A stretch of DNA of 64,000 bases, from the NCBI GenBank assembly GCA_032718475.1, contig JAUCBJ010007699.1, positions 6,447 through 70,446 of the forward strand. The letters run 5' to 3'. This DNA comes from Nemertoderma westbladi. Its lineage: Eukaryota; Animalia; Xenacoelomorpha. Below are positions 49,749 to 61,646 of the stretch, one piece after another. Numbering within the stretch: the first letter of the stretch is position 1; each line of letters starts with the position of its first letter. The translations under genes and the position numbers were made by a program. The notes beneath the pieces are model-generated. The model was not told the origin of the DNA and did no database searches. It saw only the letters and a program-made list of their open reading frames with translations.

Positions 49749-50359
49749 GTATCTTGCATGAAGGCTTGCTCGCCTCATGTTCACGAGATAATTATCATAT
49801 CCTATAATGAGTGAGTGAATATTAGAACCATATAAAGTGAATGGACACATTGAGTGAGAGGCAATGTAAGTGTAAGGCATCCTCTGGGATTTACCCTCGC
49901 CTGTGTATATTGGTGTATAGCGTATTATATATTTTGGCCCAATTTTCAATGGCCTGTTGTTATTTGGTAAACCAATCCCAGATGGCTTTCCTTCCATTCA
50001 TATACATGACAAGAGCAGGATGAGATTAGATTCATTCTGTCGATATAACTTTGTAGAAACGTTACATAGTTTTCACCGTTCTTTCTTTCGTTCGTTTGTT
50101 GTTTGATTCGACTTGTTTCACGAACTGGACTTTTTGGACTCCATTATTTGACCTATTGGTCACTGAACTTGACTATTATTGTTCTAATTGAACTGAACGT
50201 ACAGTGCATTTGTACTGTACGTGTTATAAGTCATTTGTTTGAAGGAAGGAAGCGTCATCATGTGATTGTGCACTGGTGCTGTTTATACATATTGAACATT
50301 AAAGTAACTAGGACTTGAACTGAGTTTTCTTGACGAACGAAACGGACGCGTAGAATCAT

Positions 50360-52400
50360 CCTCCATGGTCTCCTTCCACCCCTGAACAGTCCGCTCCATC
50401 TCCAATACCGAGACTCCTCCATGGTCTCCTTCGACCCTCGCACACCTGCTCCATCTCCAATACCGAGACTCCTCCATGGTCTCCTTCCACCCCCGCACAC
50501 CCCGCTCCATCTCCAAAACCGAGACTCCTCCAAGGTCTCCTTCCACCCCCGCACACCCGCTCCATCTCCAAAACCGAGACTCCTCCGTGGTCTCCTTCCA
50601 CCCCGCAACCCCGCTTCGTCTCCGAAACCGAGACTTATCCATGGTCTCCTTCCACCCCCGAACACCCTTCTCCATCTATGAAAGCGGGACTCCTCCAAAG
50701 TGTCCTTCCACCCCCACACACCCCGCTCCATCTCCAAAACCGAGACTCCTCCATGGTTTCCTTCCACCCCCGCACACCCGCTCCGTCTCCGAAACCGAGA
50801 CTTATCCATGGTCTCCTTCCACCCCCGCACACCCGCTCCATCTCCAAAACCGAGACTCCTCCATGGTCTCCTTCCACCCCCGCACACCCACTCCATCTCC
50901 GAAACCGAGACTCCTCCATGGTCTCCTTCCACCCCCGCACACCCGCTCCATCTCCGAAACCGAGACTTATCCATGGTCTCCTTCCACCCCCGCACACCCA
51001 CTCCATCTCCGAAACCGAGACTCCTCCATGGTCTCCTTCCACCCCCGCACACCCACTCCATCTCCGAAACCGAGACTCCTCCATGGTCTCCTTCCACCCC
51101 CGCACACCCGCTCCATCTCCGAAACCGAGACTTATCCATGGTCTCCTTCCACCCCCGCACACCCGCTCCATCTCCGAAACCGAGACTTATCCATTGTCTC
51201 CTTCCACCCCCGCACACCCAGTCCATCTCCGAAACCGAGACTTATCCATGGTCTCCTTCCACCCCCGCACACCCACTCCATCTCCGAAACCGAGACTCCT
51301 CCATGGTCTCCTTCCACCACCACTCACCACGCTCCGTCTTAAAAACCGAGACTTCTCCATGGTCTTCTTCAACCCCCGCACACCCTGCTCCGTCTCCGAA
51401 ACTTATCCATGGTCTCCTTCCACCCCCACACACCCACTCCATCTCCAAAACCGAGACTCCTCCATGGTCACCTTCCACCCTCGCACACCTGCTCCATCTC
51501 CAAAACCGAGACTCCTCCATGGTCTCCTTCCACCACCGCACACCACGCTCCGTCTCCGAAACTTATCCATGGTCTCCTTCCATCCCCGCACACCCACTCC
51601 ATCTCCAAAACCGAGACTCCTCCATGGTCTCCTTCGACCCTCGCACACCTGCTCCATCTCCAAAACCGAGACTCCTCCATGGTCTCCTTCCACCCCCGCA
51701 CACCCACTCCATCTCCAAAACCGAGACTCTTCCATGGTCTCCTTCCACCCCCGCACACCCACTCCATCTCCAAAACCGAGACTCCTCCATGGTCTCCTTC
51801 GACCCTCGCACACCTGCTCCATCTCCAAAACCGAGACTCATCCATGGTCTCCTTCCACCCCCGCACACCCCACTCCGTCTCCGAAACCGAGACTTATCCA
51901 TGGTCTCCTTTCACCGCGCACACCCGCTCCATCTCCAAAACCGAGACTCATCCATGGTCTCCTTCCACACTCGCAAACCACTCCATCTCCGAAACCGAGA
52001 TTCCTCCATGGTCTCCTTCGACCCTCGCACACCTGCTCCATCTCCAAAACCGAGACTCCTCCATGGTCTCCTTCCACCACCGCACACCACACTCTGTCTC
52101 CGAAACCGAGACTTATCCATGGTCTCCTTTCACCGCGCACACCCGCTCCATCTCCAAAACCGAGACTCATCCATGGTCTCCTTCCACACTCGCAAACCAC
52201 TCCATCTCCGAAACCGAGATTCCTCCATGGTCTCCTTCCACCCCCGCACACCCACTCCCTCCAAAACCGAGACTCTTCCATAGTTTCTTTCCACCCCCGC
52301 AAACCCGCTCTGTCTCCGAAAGTCATCTATGGTTACCTTCCACCCCGCACACCCACTCCGTCTCTGAAACCGAGACTCCTCCAGGGTCTCCTTCCACCCG
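50360..52400. repeat. ~54-bp C-rich minisatellite (~38 copies; CTCCATGGTCTCCTTCCACCCCCGCACACCC(A/G)CTCCATCTCC(A/G)AAACCGAGACTC)
   Basis: Tandem copies with variants. On the minus strand the unit reads GGRRPWRSLGFGDG, the C-terminus of the adjacent CRE ORF. Confidence 0.95.
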
Positions 52401-52855
52401 TGAGACACAGTGACGCAGCCCACAACAACCCAAACGGCAATCGCCTCCTCACAGCACCCTGCACAACCCCCAGTACACGCTGCCTCATCCCATACGACGT
52501 GTCTCGCAGGGATCCTGATAGTAGGCCCGCTTGACACATACCCTTTGGGTGAGTAAGGTCTCGGCAGAGGCGTTTCATCGAACATAGGAAGCAGCATCGA
52601 GATTTATAAACGAAATGTAAAAAGACGCCACAACCTGGTTCGCCCAAACACCTCTAGAGACCAGATCTGTCCTCACTCCATCGACTGCACGCCCATTAGA
52701 GTCTAGGCGACCTCCTGACAAGGTGACCTCCCGCTCAACATTTGATGAGCTAAATGCCTCCACGAGGAGGTTTCCAAAGATGTCCCTAACCTCATCATGC
52801 CGACAAATAACCAGGCCACCAAGCTTTCAGCTAAGGGCATGCAGTGTGCTAAACG
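52380..52855 (-). mobile_element. Second CRE-like endonuclease fragment
   Basis: HALS*KLGGLVICRHDEVRD...VEREV...RTDLVSRGVW...FINLDAASY...RRRLPFGLLWAASLCLTGGRRPWRSLG. Confidence 0.7.
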
Positions 52856-52859
52856 ATAA

Positions 52860-52976
52860 TGTTCTTATTTATTTATTTAAAATTTTGTTTTTAATTTTGT
52901 GGGAGCCCCCCCCCCCCCCCCCCCCCAGATGTGGGAGGCCACGGGCTAGTTGGCCTATGCCTAAATCCGGCCCTGA
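52860..52976 (-). mobile_element. Terminus of a hAT-like MITE
   Basis: Reverse complement begins CAGGGCCGGATTTAGG with a poly-G tract. A similar GC-rich terminus CAGTGGCGTAGC lies at 60289. Confidence 0.35.
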
Positions 52977-53010
52977 TGTAATTAGCAACTATGTTTTGTA
53001 ATTACTCAAC

Positions 53011-53160
53011 CTGTGGGTTTTGGTTTAATGTTGTGTTTTCTCGTTGATGTTTTAAATGTTCTTCTTGTCGGTCCATAAACGTAGTTCCAAGAACTTCGAC
53101 TATTCTAGAACTGGCCGAATTAACTCGAGGGTGGAAAGTAAAATCATTCTGCGCCGCAAC
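53011..53160 (-). CDS. Putative upstream exon VAAQNDFTFHPRVNSASSRIVEVLGTTFMDRQEEHLKHQRENTTLNQNPQ
   Basis: ttttctacag| acceptor, CAG|gttgag donor, exactly 150 nt open, phase 0-0. Shares a TFxPxxN motif with the next exon. Confidence 0.7.
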
Positions 53161-53301
53161 CTGTAGAAAAGTTAATTAAAATTAATTCCCCTACCATGCC
53201 ATCCATATCGACCCGACCCAAGTAGCGCTTTGTACCTTCCACCTGCCTAGTTTGGGTCAAAAATTAAAGATAAGATCATTATAGGCCTACATATGGCCAA
53301 C

Positions 53302-53439
53302 CTTTTTTAGTGATCTAAGTCGAATCTGCTGGTAGCCCTTTTCTTTAACAAGCTGGAGGCTGGTTTCGTTTAGTTTGGGAGTGAAGGTTAATTCCTCATC
53401 TGCTAGGCTAATACGCCTGTGGCCCGTAGCAACTTCCAT
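53302..53439 (-). CDS. Putative upstream or first coding exon (M)EVATGHRRISLADEELTFTPKLNETSLQLVKEKGYQQIRLRSLKK
   Basis: AAG|gttggc donor in phase 0 and a 141-bp intron to 53160. Start is either ATG at 53439 or the acceptor at 53399. Confidence 0.6.
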
Positions 53440-54290
53440 TCCGCAGTACCAACTAGACTGTGACTTCCTTCAGGATTTGATACCACCATCGTAAATCACC
53501 CAGCAATTATTTGTCATCAGTTGTATTGTAGTGTGTATGTATGTCATGTATGGGGGGGGGGGGATTGTAAATTAATGTCAGCGGTACAGTAAATAGATCA
53601 GCACATGTACATTTAACTATGTCTATCATTAGTGAGAAGCCTTTCTGTAGTATACTATTTATTTATTTCCTAATAACAATGAGCGCACCACAACCAATGT
53701 GCATTTTCGTTACTTTGTTTCAAATTGGCGTCAAAAGAAACAAATAGAATTTGGTTTATGTTATTAAATTATTTTTTTTACAGAATCCACTCCATACTCC
53801 ACCTCCACAGATGTGTTGTGGCTCACATCAAGATACGAGGCCTGATTAACTGAATTTTGCTAAAGAAAGTGAAGTGAAGAAAGTGGAAATTAGTGTTTTC
53901 CTTATCGTTTTTATATCGAAAATATTTTGTTTTATTTGAAAAAAATATCACCAGCAGCGTTATCATTGTTTATGACGATAATAGTCTAATCTGCCCACGC
54001 TTTCAGATAGACATCCTAAGATTTCTGAGTCAGTAGCTCCGAAAACATCGCGTCATCTTGCTCATTCAAATTTTCGAGAACTTACATATCGTCAATATTT
54101 AGGCCTACCACCAGGTCCGGTACTACTAACAGCCATTCTGTACGATCTGAGGATGATACAGGTCTATCCACTATTACCAATTTCAGTATTCAAATTGTAC
54201 TGCTGTACTGTACAGTACTAGGCCTACCGTGTTACCGTGTACACTGCCGGTACAGGTAATGTACAGCCGGAAGATTGTTTGAGCTAGCTG

Positions 54291-55475
54291 TATTATTATT
54301 ATTTATTGACAATAAGCGGGGTATATAACATTATACATAATCCAAATTCAAATAATACAACAATTATTGTCCAAGAAAATATCAGAATATCACCTGTGAA
54401 AAACCTCATTTCAAAACAGATTATAATATATTATATAAATAACCTAGGAAGAACTGTCCAACACCAACATAACACTGTCCAAAATATCCGTCCATAATAA
54501 CATCTAACCAAAGTAAAATTGTAAAACCTATGATAAATATTAACCGAAAATACTTTCCAACTTTCGTAATCCGAAATATAAATCAAAAGTAAAAAGGACT
54601 TCCCTCAACATCATTAACGGCTAAAAGCCGCCTTAAGTGTGCTTAAATAAGCACTATCCACACATTTTAATGAATGTGTGAGCCAGGATTCAGAACTATA
54701 TAGCACGGATGACATTAAAGCTGCTTGCCAAACTAAGAATTTAACAGAAATGGGAGCGTTCTTGTTTCTGCCCAGAAAACTATAAAACATGACAATGTGC
54801 TTCTTTTTAAAGCTAATATAATCTTCCACTTGTTTTTCTATAGATTTGCCAGAAATTGGAGTCCTGAGGTATATATGTTGTTCTGTGTGATGTACCACTA
54901 AGTTATCAATAAGAAAGGGATTGGTATCTTCAACGCCTACCGTCATGAAAAGAGTCTTCTTTTCCCCACATAATTAGCCTCTTTGCTTCTACAACAAAAA
55001 CATTGAGCTTTAACTGCATCTGGTTTCGGCTGGTGGCCAATATTATTATAGTATCATCCATTAAAAGTAAGATTGCCAGCAAATCAAGCCAACTGTCAGG
55101 TCCTAAATCTTTAACCAAACGAATAAGATCATTTATATAGAAAGTAAATGTAGGACAACTGTCTCCCCGCCCTGAAGGACCCCAGTATCTGCGTTTATTA
55201 TAGATCCATCAAGTAAGGCACTAGTATTGCGTAAACAATCCACTGTTGCTCGTAGAAATCTATCCCTGCAACCCTTCTCCTTCAACTTTGTTAGTAGAAT
55301 CGATCAACTCGATCATAGGCTTTAATGAAATCCACAAAGCAGATGTATAATATATAGCCTTTACTTCGTGCTACATCAATAACTAGGCAAACTATTAGCT
55401 GCTGAACCTCGCAACCAAGAAGGCCACGTTGGCCTGCTTGTTCATAATGTGGCTTGAACCATAGTTGTAGTCACT
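54291..55475 (-). mobile_element. Decayed LINE RT fragment of the LMDD family with (TAA)n tail
   Basis: LLLMDDTIIILATSR, FYSFLGRNKNAPISVK, LYSSESW. AATAAA plus (TAA)n at 54291-54307. Confidence 0.8.
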
Positions 55476-55479
55476 TACA

Positions 55480-58400
55480 CTAATACACTAAACAATAAAT
55501 CATTACCATATCTAAATACACACTAAACAATAAATAATTACCATATTATATAAATACATAAACAATACAAAATAATATAAATTCAATTACATCAATAGTG
55601 TATTGGTGTAATGATGATGTAATAGTGTATTCATATACAATTACATAAATACATATGTAGATACAGCTTATGTACATCTATTCGAGAGTTTCAAGCACAC
55701 TATAAATGACTAATATAGTTTGACAGGGTCACAAACTCTTCCTTACTAGTTACATTCATTAGGGTTTCTACGAATGTAAACGAGAGTGAAGGAGGCCTAG
55801 TCACTAAAACAATTCAGAAGAACATGCTCCTCCGATTGTATAAGCCCACACCTGCAAATACGGCGCTCCTTGGGAATCCTCTTCCACCTGCCTAGCTCCA
55901 CAGCCAAGGAGGTGCTACCGAGTCGAAATCAGGATAAAGCGATCCTACTCTGTTCTGGAATATTGTAACTCCATTTGCAGTAAGGTGGATATGATAGTGT
56001 AGGGTTATACAGAAGGTAGAGTTTACATTTGGTGGAGTCGGTTGTGGTAGAACGTCGGATATTAATTTTCATAGTACAGAATGAGTTTATGACAGGGTCC
56101 CCCTGGCTTAATAGCAACTTCTCAACTGCGACTCCCATTGGAGTACGTTCAACTATACAGCAATCCAAGACAAAAAAGAGTGGCCTGTGTAGGCTCTTAT
56201 CCTCTAACATCATGCAAAGGAAGTCTCTCTGGCGCTTCCGGATAGCACTATGTGGATCCGACACACCTGACTCTATGAATAACAAATCACGACACACTTT
56301 AGGCCTCACACCTAATGCCGCAGCTAATGCCTCGGTATACTGAGATTCTATTGGTCGAATGTCACCACCTATCCACGACTCCGAACCGTAAAGCAGTGCT
56401 GATGTAATGCAGGCTCTCAAAACTTTCATCCACACTGGACTGAAACGGTGTTTGCTGAGGAAGGAATAATACTTTAAGACATGTTTTGCTTTTTCCGCAG
56501 AGAGTGCTTTAATGGAAGCACTGACACCACCTGACTGTGTGAAAGGCGACCCAAGATAAATATACTCGTCTTTGTTTTTAATGGTCGCTGGAGTCGTCGA
56601 GTATCCAAGATACTGTAGGTTTAAAGGTTCTTTATTAAGAAATGCCTCAGGACCGAATGCCATAAACTTTGTTTTCGTAGTATTTACCATTCCATTGTCA
56701 CTACAGTACTTCAAATGGACCACCATTATCTGCTCACATTTCAAACGACTCGTTGACAATATAATGCTGTCATCCATAAGGAGGAGGACTTGGAGCTAAC
56801 CCAGGAGACCGTCTGGAGTAAAACTCTGCAGAAGGCTTACCAAAGCATCAAGGAATATGGTGAAAAGAAAGCAGGAACTAGTAGAACCTTGAAGGACTAC
56901 TTAATGAAATTTGTTCCAATGATCCCAACAGTACATGAATATATAGCAATAAGGGCATGAAGCATCTGACCACTGCAGCCACGTTCTTTCAGTAGAGTGG
57001 AGATTTTAAGATGAGGGACACGGTCATATGCTGTTTTGAAATCAACAAAAACGATGTAGAGGGGTTTCTTTTTACACATCACGTAGTCTATCAAGAGTCT
57101 GAATGTAAAAATCTGCTCCTCACAACCTCTCCCTGGTGCGGCACCAGCCTGCTCACAACTGGGGATTTGCCACTTACGCAGACGATTACATATGCTATCA
57201 TACAACTTAAACACTGTGTTGAGAACACTTATACCCCTGTAGTTCGAGCATGGGTTCTTAGCACCCCTCTTGTACACTGCTACTAACCGACTGTAGCTCC
57301 ACTCAAGGGGATACAGGGAGTTTGTAAAAATAATATTAAACAATGTAACCAAGCTTAAAATCCAGCCTGGAGTAAGGAGTTTGAAAAGAAGGGGTGGTAA
57401 CCCATCTGGCCCAGGGGCCTTATTTGGTTTAAGGTTATTCAATACCTCCATCACTTCTGGTTCACTTATCGGCTGGTCGAGGATGTCCACATTAGGCAAA
57501 CCACAGGTGTCTATAATTGGATCGGCTGTATGAATGGAGGATTTAGGGCAGAGAAGCATCTCAAAGTGCTTGGTGAACAGTGCTGAAGGCATGGTTTCAC
57601 CGTTTGGGGAATCATTACAGATATTGCCCGTCCAGTCTATCTTGGTCCATATTAACTTGGAATCCCCACATTTGAGGAGGTAATCCCAGTGCAAATACAG
57701 CTGTACAGATCGTGGGATACCAGAGCAGACAGCCTTTTGTGATTCCCGGGAGACATCATTGGGCAAACTGGATACAGCATTATAGATGTTATTTGTAAAC
57801 TGGCAAGCTAAGTAGGATATGTCCTCAACGACCTTAACAATACCACCGGCATTGAATGCACCGATACTCGAGTTCAACAAGGGGAGGGTGTCAGCAAGAG
57901 CCATATTTAGTATATTCAATTGCAGAAGGGAGATTGGGATTGGCCTTACACGCATTGAATGCTGCTGGTAATTTCCATAGCTACTTAGTGAGTTGGAGCT
58001 ATGGTATAATCAGTACGTAGGATGTACTGTAGGAAGAATTAATTCCACACTACAAGGTGCATTGTCTGAGCGCCATATGTACTGATTCAGAACTGAGAAG
58101 TTACACACCTTATTTACAAAACTAACAAGAACCCTATCCAACTCTGATACATAGCCCGATTTTCGTCTAAAGGTAAGACCACCTGGGAAGGATTTGCCCA
58201 ATACTGTAGTTAGATAACTTATATTGACTACATGGCAATCTTTGCACAACTATAGCAACCTCTTTCCATAGCCATTTACAGATTTGTCGTGTGGTTCACT
58301 GTACCAGTACATACTACAATCTAACCCATAAAGGGATTCGCCTACACGGGCATTTAAATCACCCAAAACGACAAATTTATCACAAGGGCTAGCTACCAAT

Positions 58401-59600
58401 ATCCTGCTTTGTATGTCGGCCCATTTGTATGTCGGATTTTCATAGCTTGAGCCTTGTGGTGCAATATAAACGCAGAAAAAGTTCAAATACTTACAAAATT
58501 CGAATTTAAAATATACAAAATCATGTTTCAATACATCCGAACAGAATGAAATATATTGTTTTTAAAAAATACTGCAACACCACCGCGGTGGGCTTCCTTG
58601 TTGGAAATATTACTTACAGTTCTGAAACCGGGTAAGGTACCTATGAAGGAAGTTTTAACTTCCTGCAGACAAATCACATCAAAATCTTGGAAAAATGTTA
58701 TAATGTCTGGATCTGCTAATTTGGTGCGAGCACTGCCAATATTCCATTTCGTCACATTCCATTACAACCCCATTTCGTTTACCTGCTCATTCCTTAGGAT
58801 CAAAAACAATTTCCTGACCTACATTCTCCGGACGTTTGTTGGCATCTCGTGCAACAGCTCGAAGCCTGTTTATCTCCATTCTTACATCCGTGTGCTGATC
58901 TGCCTTTAGGTAGACTGACTCTAAGTTGGGAGTCTCTTTCAACTTCCTAGAAGCCTCTAGAATAACTTTACGACTGGGAGCTGCCTGACCCAGACAAACA
59001 AGCAGGGCCCTGGGTCTATGACCAGTAGTAATCTTTTCACTCAAATGCAGCTGTGTGAAGCTGAAATCCGGATTAATGCCAATCTTATCAAGGATTATCC
59101 TTATCTCAGATACTCCAACAAACACAATGTTCCATGCACGCTGATTCCTATCAACTGATTCACAAAACCATTGCTGGTTGGCGCAGGTTTTTTGAAGATC
59201 GAGATTCTCCTGTTCCACATCCTCCAATCTCTTTGAAAGCTGTTCATTGTTTGCCTTTAAAGACCTGACTTCCTGAAAACATCGCTCATCGCCATAGGGT
59301 TCATCTAAATCACTGGTGATTTCGGATCCATTGTGGGCATTGTAAACCAAACTGATAGACATCCGTTGCGTCTCCGGTGTGGGCCCAAATTTGTTACTGG
59401 CAGAGTTCGATTGGGAGTGATGTGGGGTCGAAGTTGAAAGGCGTCTATTGCGCCATTTAGTACATAGACTGTTAGCATCAAGCTTCATAAAGCTTGCTTT
59501 ACAATTGAAGCAATTAGGCATAATTCCTCTCAGCATAAAGGGAAGTTCGCCACTGTAATATGCGCAGATACAAATTGGACTGACGAAGGAATTTGTTCGT
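55480..59600 (-). mobile_element. Full-length degenerate two-ORF LINE of the LMDD family
   Basis: ORF1 58787-59536 (CFNC, IVFVGVSE, RPRALL, VYLKADQH). APE (WNIG, CLQE, HRGGVAV, LGDLNAR). RT (NYRGIS, FVDFKTAYD, LLLMDD, YIYLGSP) and ELGRW-C-C-H-C end. Multiple stops and frameshifts. Confidence 0.88.
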
Positions 59601-59619
59601 AATTTCGTAGATTACTTAT

Positions 59620-59985
59620 TAAACTCGTTCATAGTCTCTGTGTAAACTCGCCAGTAGTATCCGCGTAAACTCGCTCATAGTTTCGACGTAAACTCGCTCG
59701 TAGTATCTGCGTAAACTCATTCGTAGTATACACGTAAACTCGTTCGCAGTATCCGCGTAAACCCGTTCGTAGTTTCCGCGTAAACTAACTTGTAGTATCC
59801 ACGTAAACTCGTTCGCAGTATCCGTGTAAACTCGTTTGAAGTATCCGCGCAAACTCGTTTGTACTTTCCGAGTAAACTCGTTCGTAGTTCCCGCGTAAAC
59901 TCGCTTGTAGTATCCGCATAAACTTGCTCGTAGTTTCCGCGTTAAACTCGTTCGTACTGTCGTAGTTTCGGCATTAAACTCTTTT
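59620..59985. repeat. 23-bp minisatellite (~15 diverged copies; TAAACTCGTTCGTAGTATCCGCG)
   Basis: Regular taaactcg every ~23 bp, immediately upstream of the LINE 5' end. Confidence 0.85.
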
Positions 59986-60624
59986 CTGCATTTCCTCGTT
60001 ATACTCATGAACAAAGGTTATTTAAATAACTGAGGGTGTATTTAAGTTGTAAGTTCAGCAATTGCAGAAATGGGCAGCAAGGAAAGAGGACCCACATCCA
60101 AGCAGAAGATAACTTCCAATAAACTTTAATACTGTATTTTAAATCACACTGTACTTTTTTGTGACTTGTGTCTGATGTTAGAAAGCCATAAGTGTTATTT
60201 TTGTAACCTGGTTGTTTTCCTCCTAAAATTATTATATTTTATCATATTTGAGCGTTAATAATAAAAAAACAATAATAATTATAGGGATCAGTGGCGTAGC
60301 TGAGGGGGAGCCATGGGGGCCCAGGGCCCCCTGTTGGCGTCAGGGGGGCGCCAAAATCGCGGTGAATGAACAATATATATCAAGCTTGGTCGCTCCCATT
60401 TGAAAATTAATGTAAAATAGTTGAAAACTTTTTAATAAATACCTTCAATACATTCTATATCAATAAACTTTTTAATTAAATCCCTAACACTATTTTTTGC
60501 CATTACATACAACCAGCTTGTAGGCTACTTATTGTTCATTTATAATTTATTATTGGTGTTTTGGGTGAATGAGTGGTTTCATATTCTTATAACTTTATGT
60601 TGGGCACAGCTTTTGCAAAGACGG

Positions 60625-60702
60625 CAATGACATCCAGGTGGGATCGAACTGGTGACCTCCGGGTTGGAAGCCTGACGCTCTAACCATTCAGCTAGTGGCT
60701 CA
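60625..60702 (-). mobile_element. tRNA-derived SINE head or tRNA pseudogene
   Basis: TAGCTGAATGGTTAGAGC (A box/D arm) and AGTTCGATCCC (B box). The acceptor stem does not close. Confidence 0.55.
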
Positions 60703-60774
60703 GGTAAAAGATAGACCTGGAAGTACTATCTGATACCTTGTATGTACCGGACATATGTATCAAAACATAGACTT

Positions 60775-60837
60775 TAAGTTGTGCGCACAAGATACTAAGT
60801 TGTGCGCACAAGATACTAAGTTGTGCGCACAAGATAC

Positions 60838-60883
<46 letters not shown>

Positions 60884-61280
60884 TATTTTTATTCAAAAAC
60901 TCCGCAACAAGTTTTATAAGAAAAAAAACCGCACAGAGGCAGCCTAACAGATAGACTAAGTTACTATTGTTACTAAGTTACTACTATTGACTAAGTTACT
61001 TATACACTAAGTTACTATTGTTACTAAGTTACCGGTACTACTATTGACTAAGTTACTTATACTAAGTTGTGCGCACAGAAGATACTAAGTTGTGCGCACA
61101 AGATACTAAGTTGTGCGCACAAGATACTAAGTTGTGCACACAAAATACTAAGTTGTGCGCACAAGATACTAAGTTGTGCGCTCAAGATACTAAGTTGTGC
61201 ACACAAGATACTAAGTTGTGCGCTCGAGTTAAGAAAACTTTTTTTACAAATGTCCCTTTAGTGTCCCAAATGTCCGTATA
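60775..61280. repeat. 21-bp repeat blocks (AAGATACTAAGTTGTGCGCAC) split by (AAT)n and ACTAAGTTACTATTG repeats; probable subterminal array of a non-autonomous DNA element
   Basis: Three copies at 60775-60838 and about eight at 61061-61224. Ends aaatgtccctttag...tccgta, similar to the reverse of the 39660 terminus. Confidence 0.75.
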
Positions 61281-61573
61281 AAACAGCTCTGCTATGGCCT
61301 ATTAATTACTGTATTTCATAAATAATTAATAATTTAAAAAATTATTTTAAATTAAATAATAATAATATATTTAAAAAATTATTATAAATAATTAATTAGA
61401 TTAATTTTTCGCTACAATCTTTCTGAATACGTTCTATTATACTAACTTAAACTTTATGTAAATAATTAAATTGTGAGTTTAGGAATCAACTATAAATATT
61501 GTCAAATAGGTAGGCCTATTATAGGCCTAACTGTAGTGAAAATTTAATAAGATTAAATCCATACACACATTAC

Positions 61574-61646
61574 CATTAGAAATTGGTGTTGTTGCTGCCG
61601 TATCCAGGCAACCACTCTTTCTCCAGCTGATCCCAATCACAGAATC
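61574..61646 (-). CDS. Possible further upstream exon (DSVIGISWRKSGCLDTAATTPISN-)
   Basis: tatcag| acceptor and G|gtaatg donor, GC-richer island in AT-rich DNA. Its phase-1 end fits the acceptor at 53399. Another frame reads FCDWDQLEKEWLPGYG to a stop. Confidence 0.3.

Noticed and set aside
50258-52597. Long Pro/His-rich ORFs up to 618 aa resembling extensin or mucin
   Set aside because: Open in nearly all frames because the C-rich repeat lacks stops. The unit derives from the CRE 3' end.
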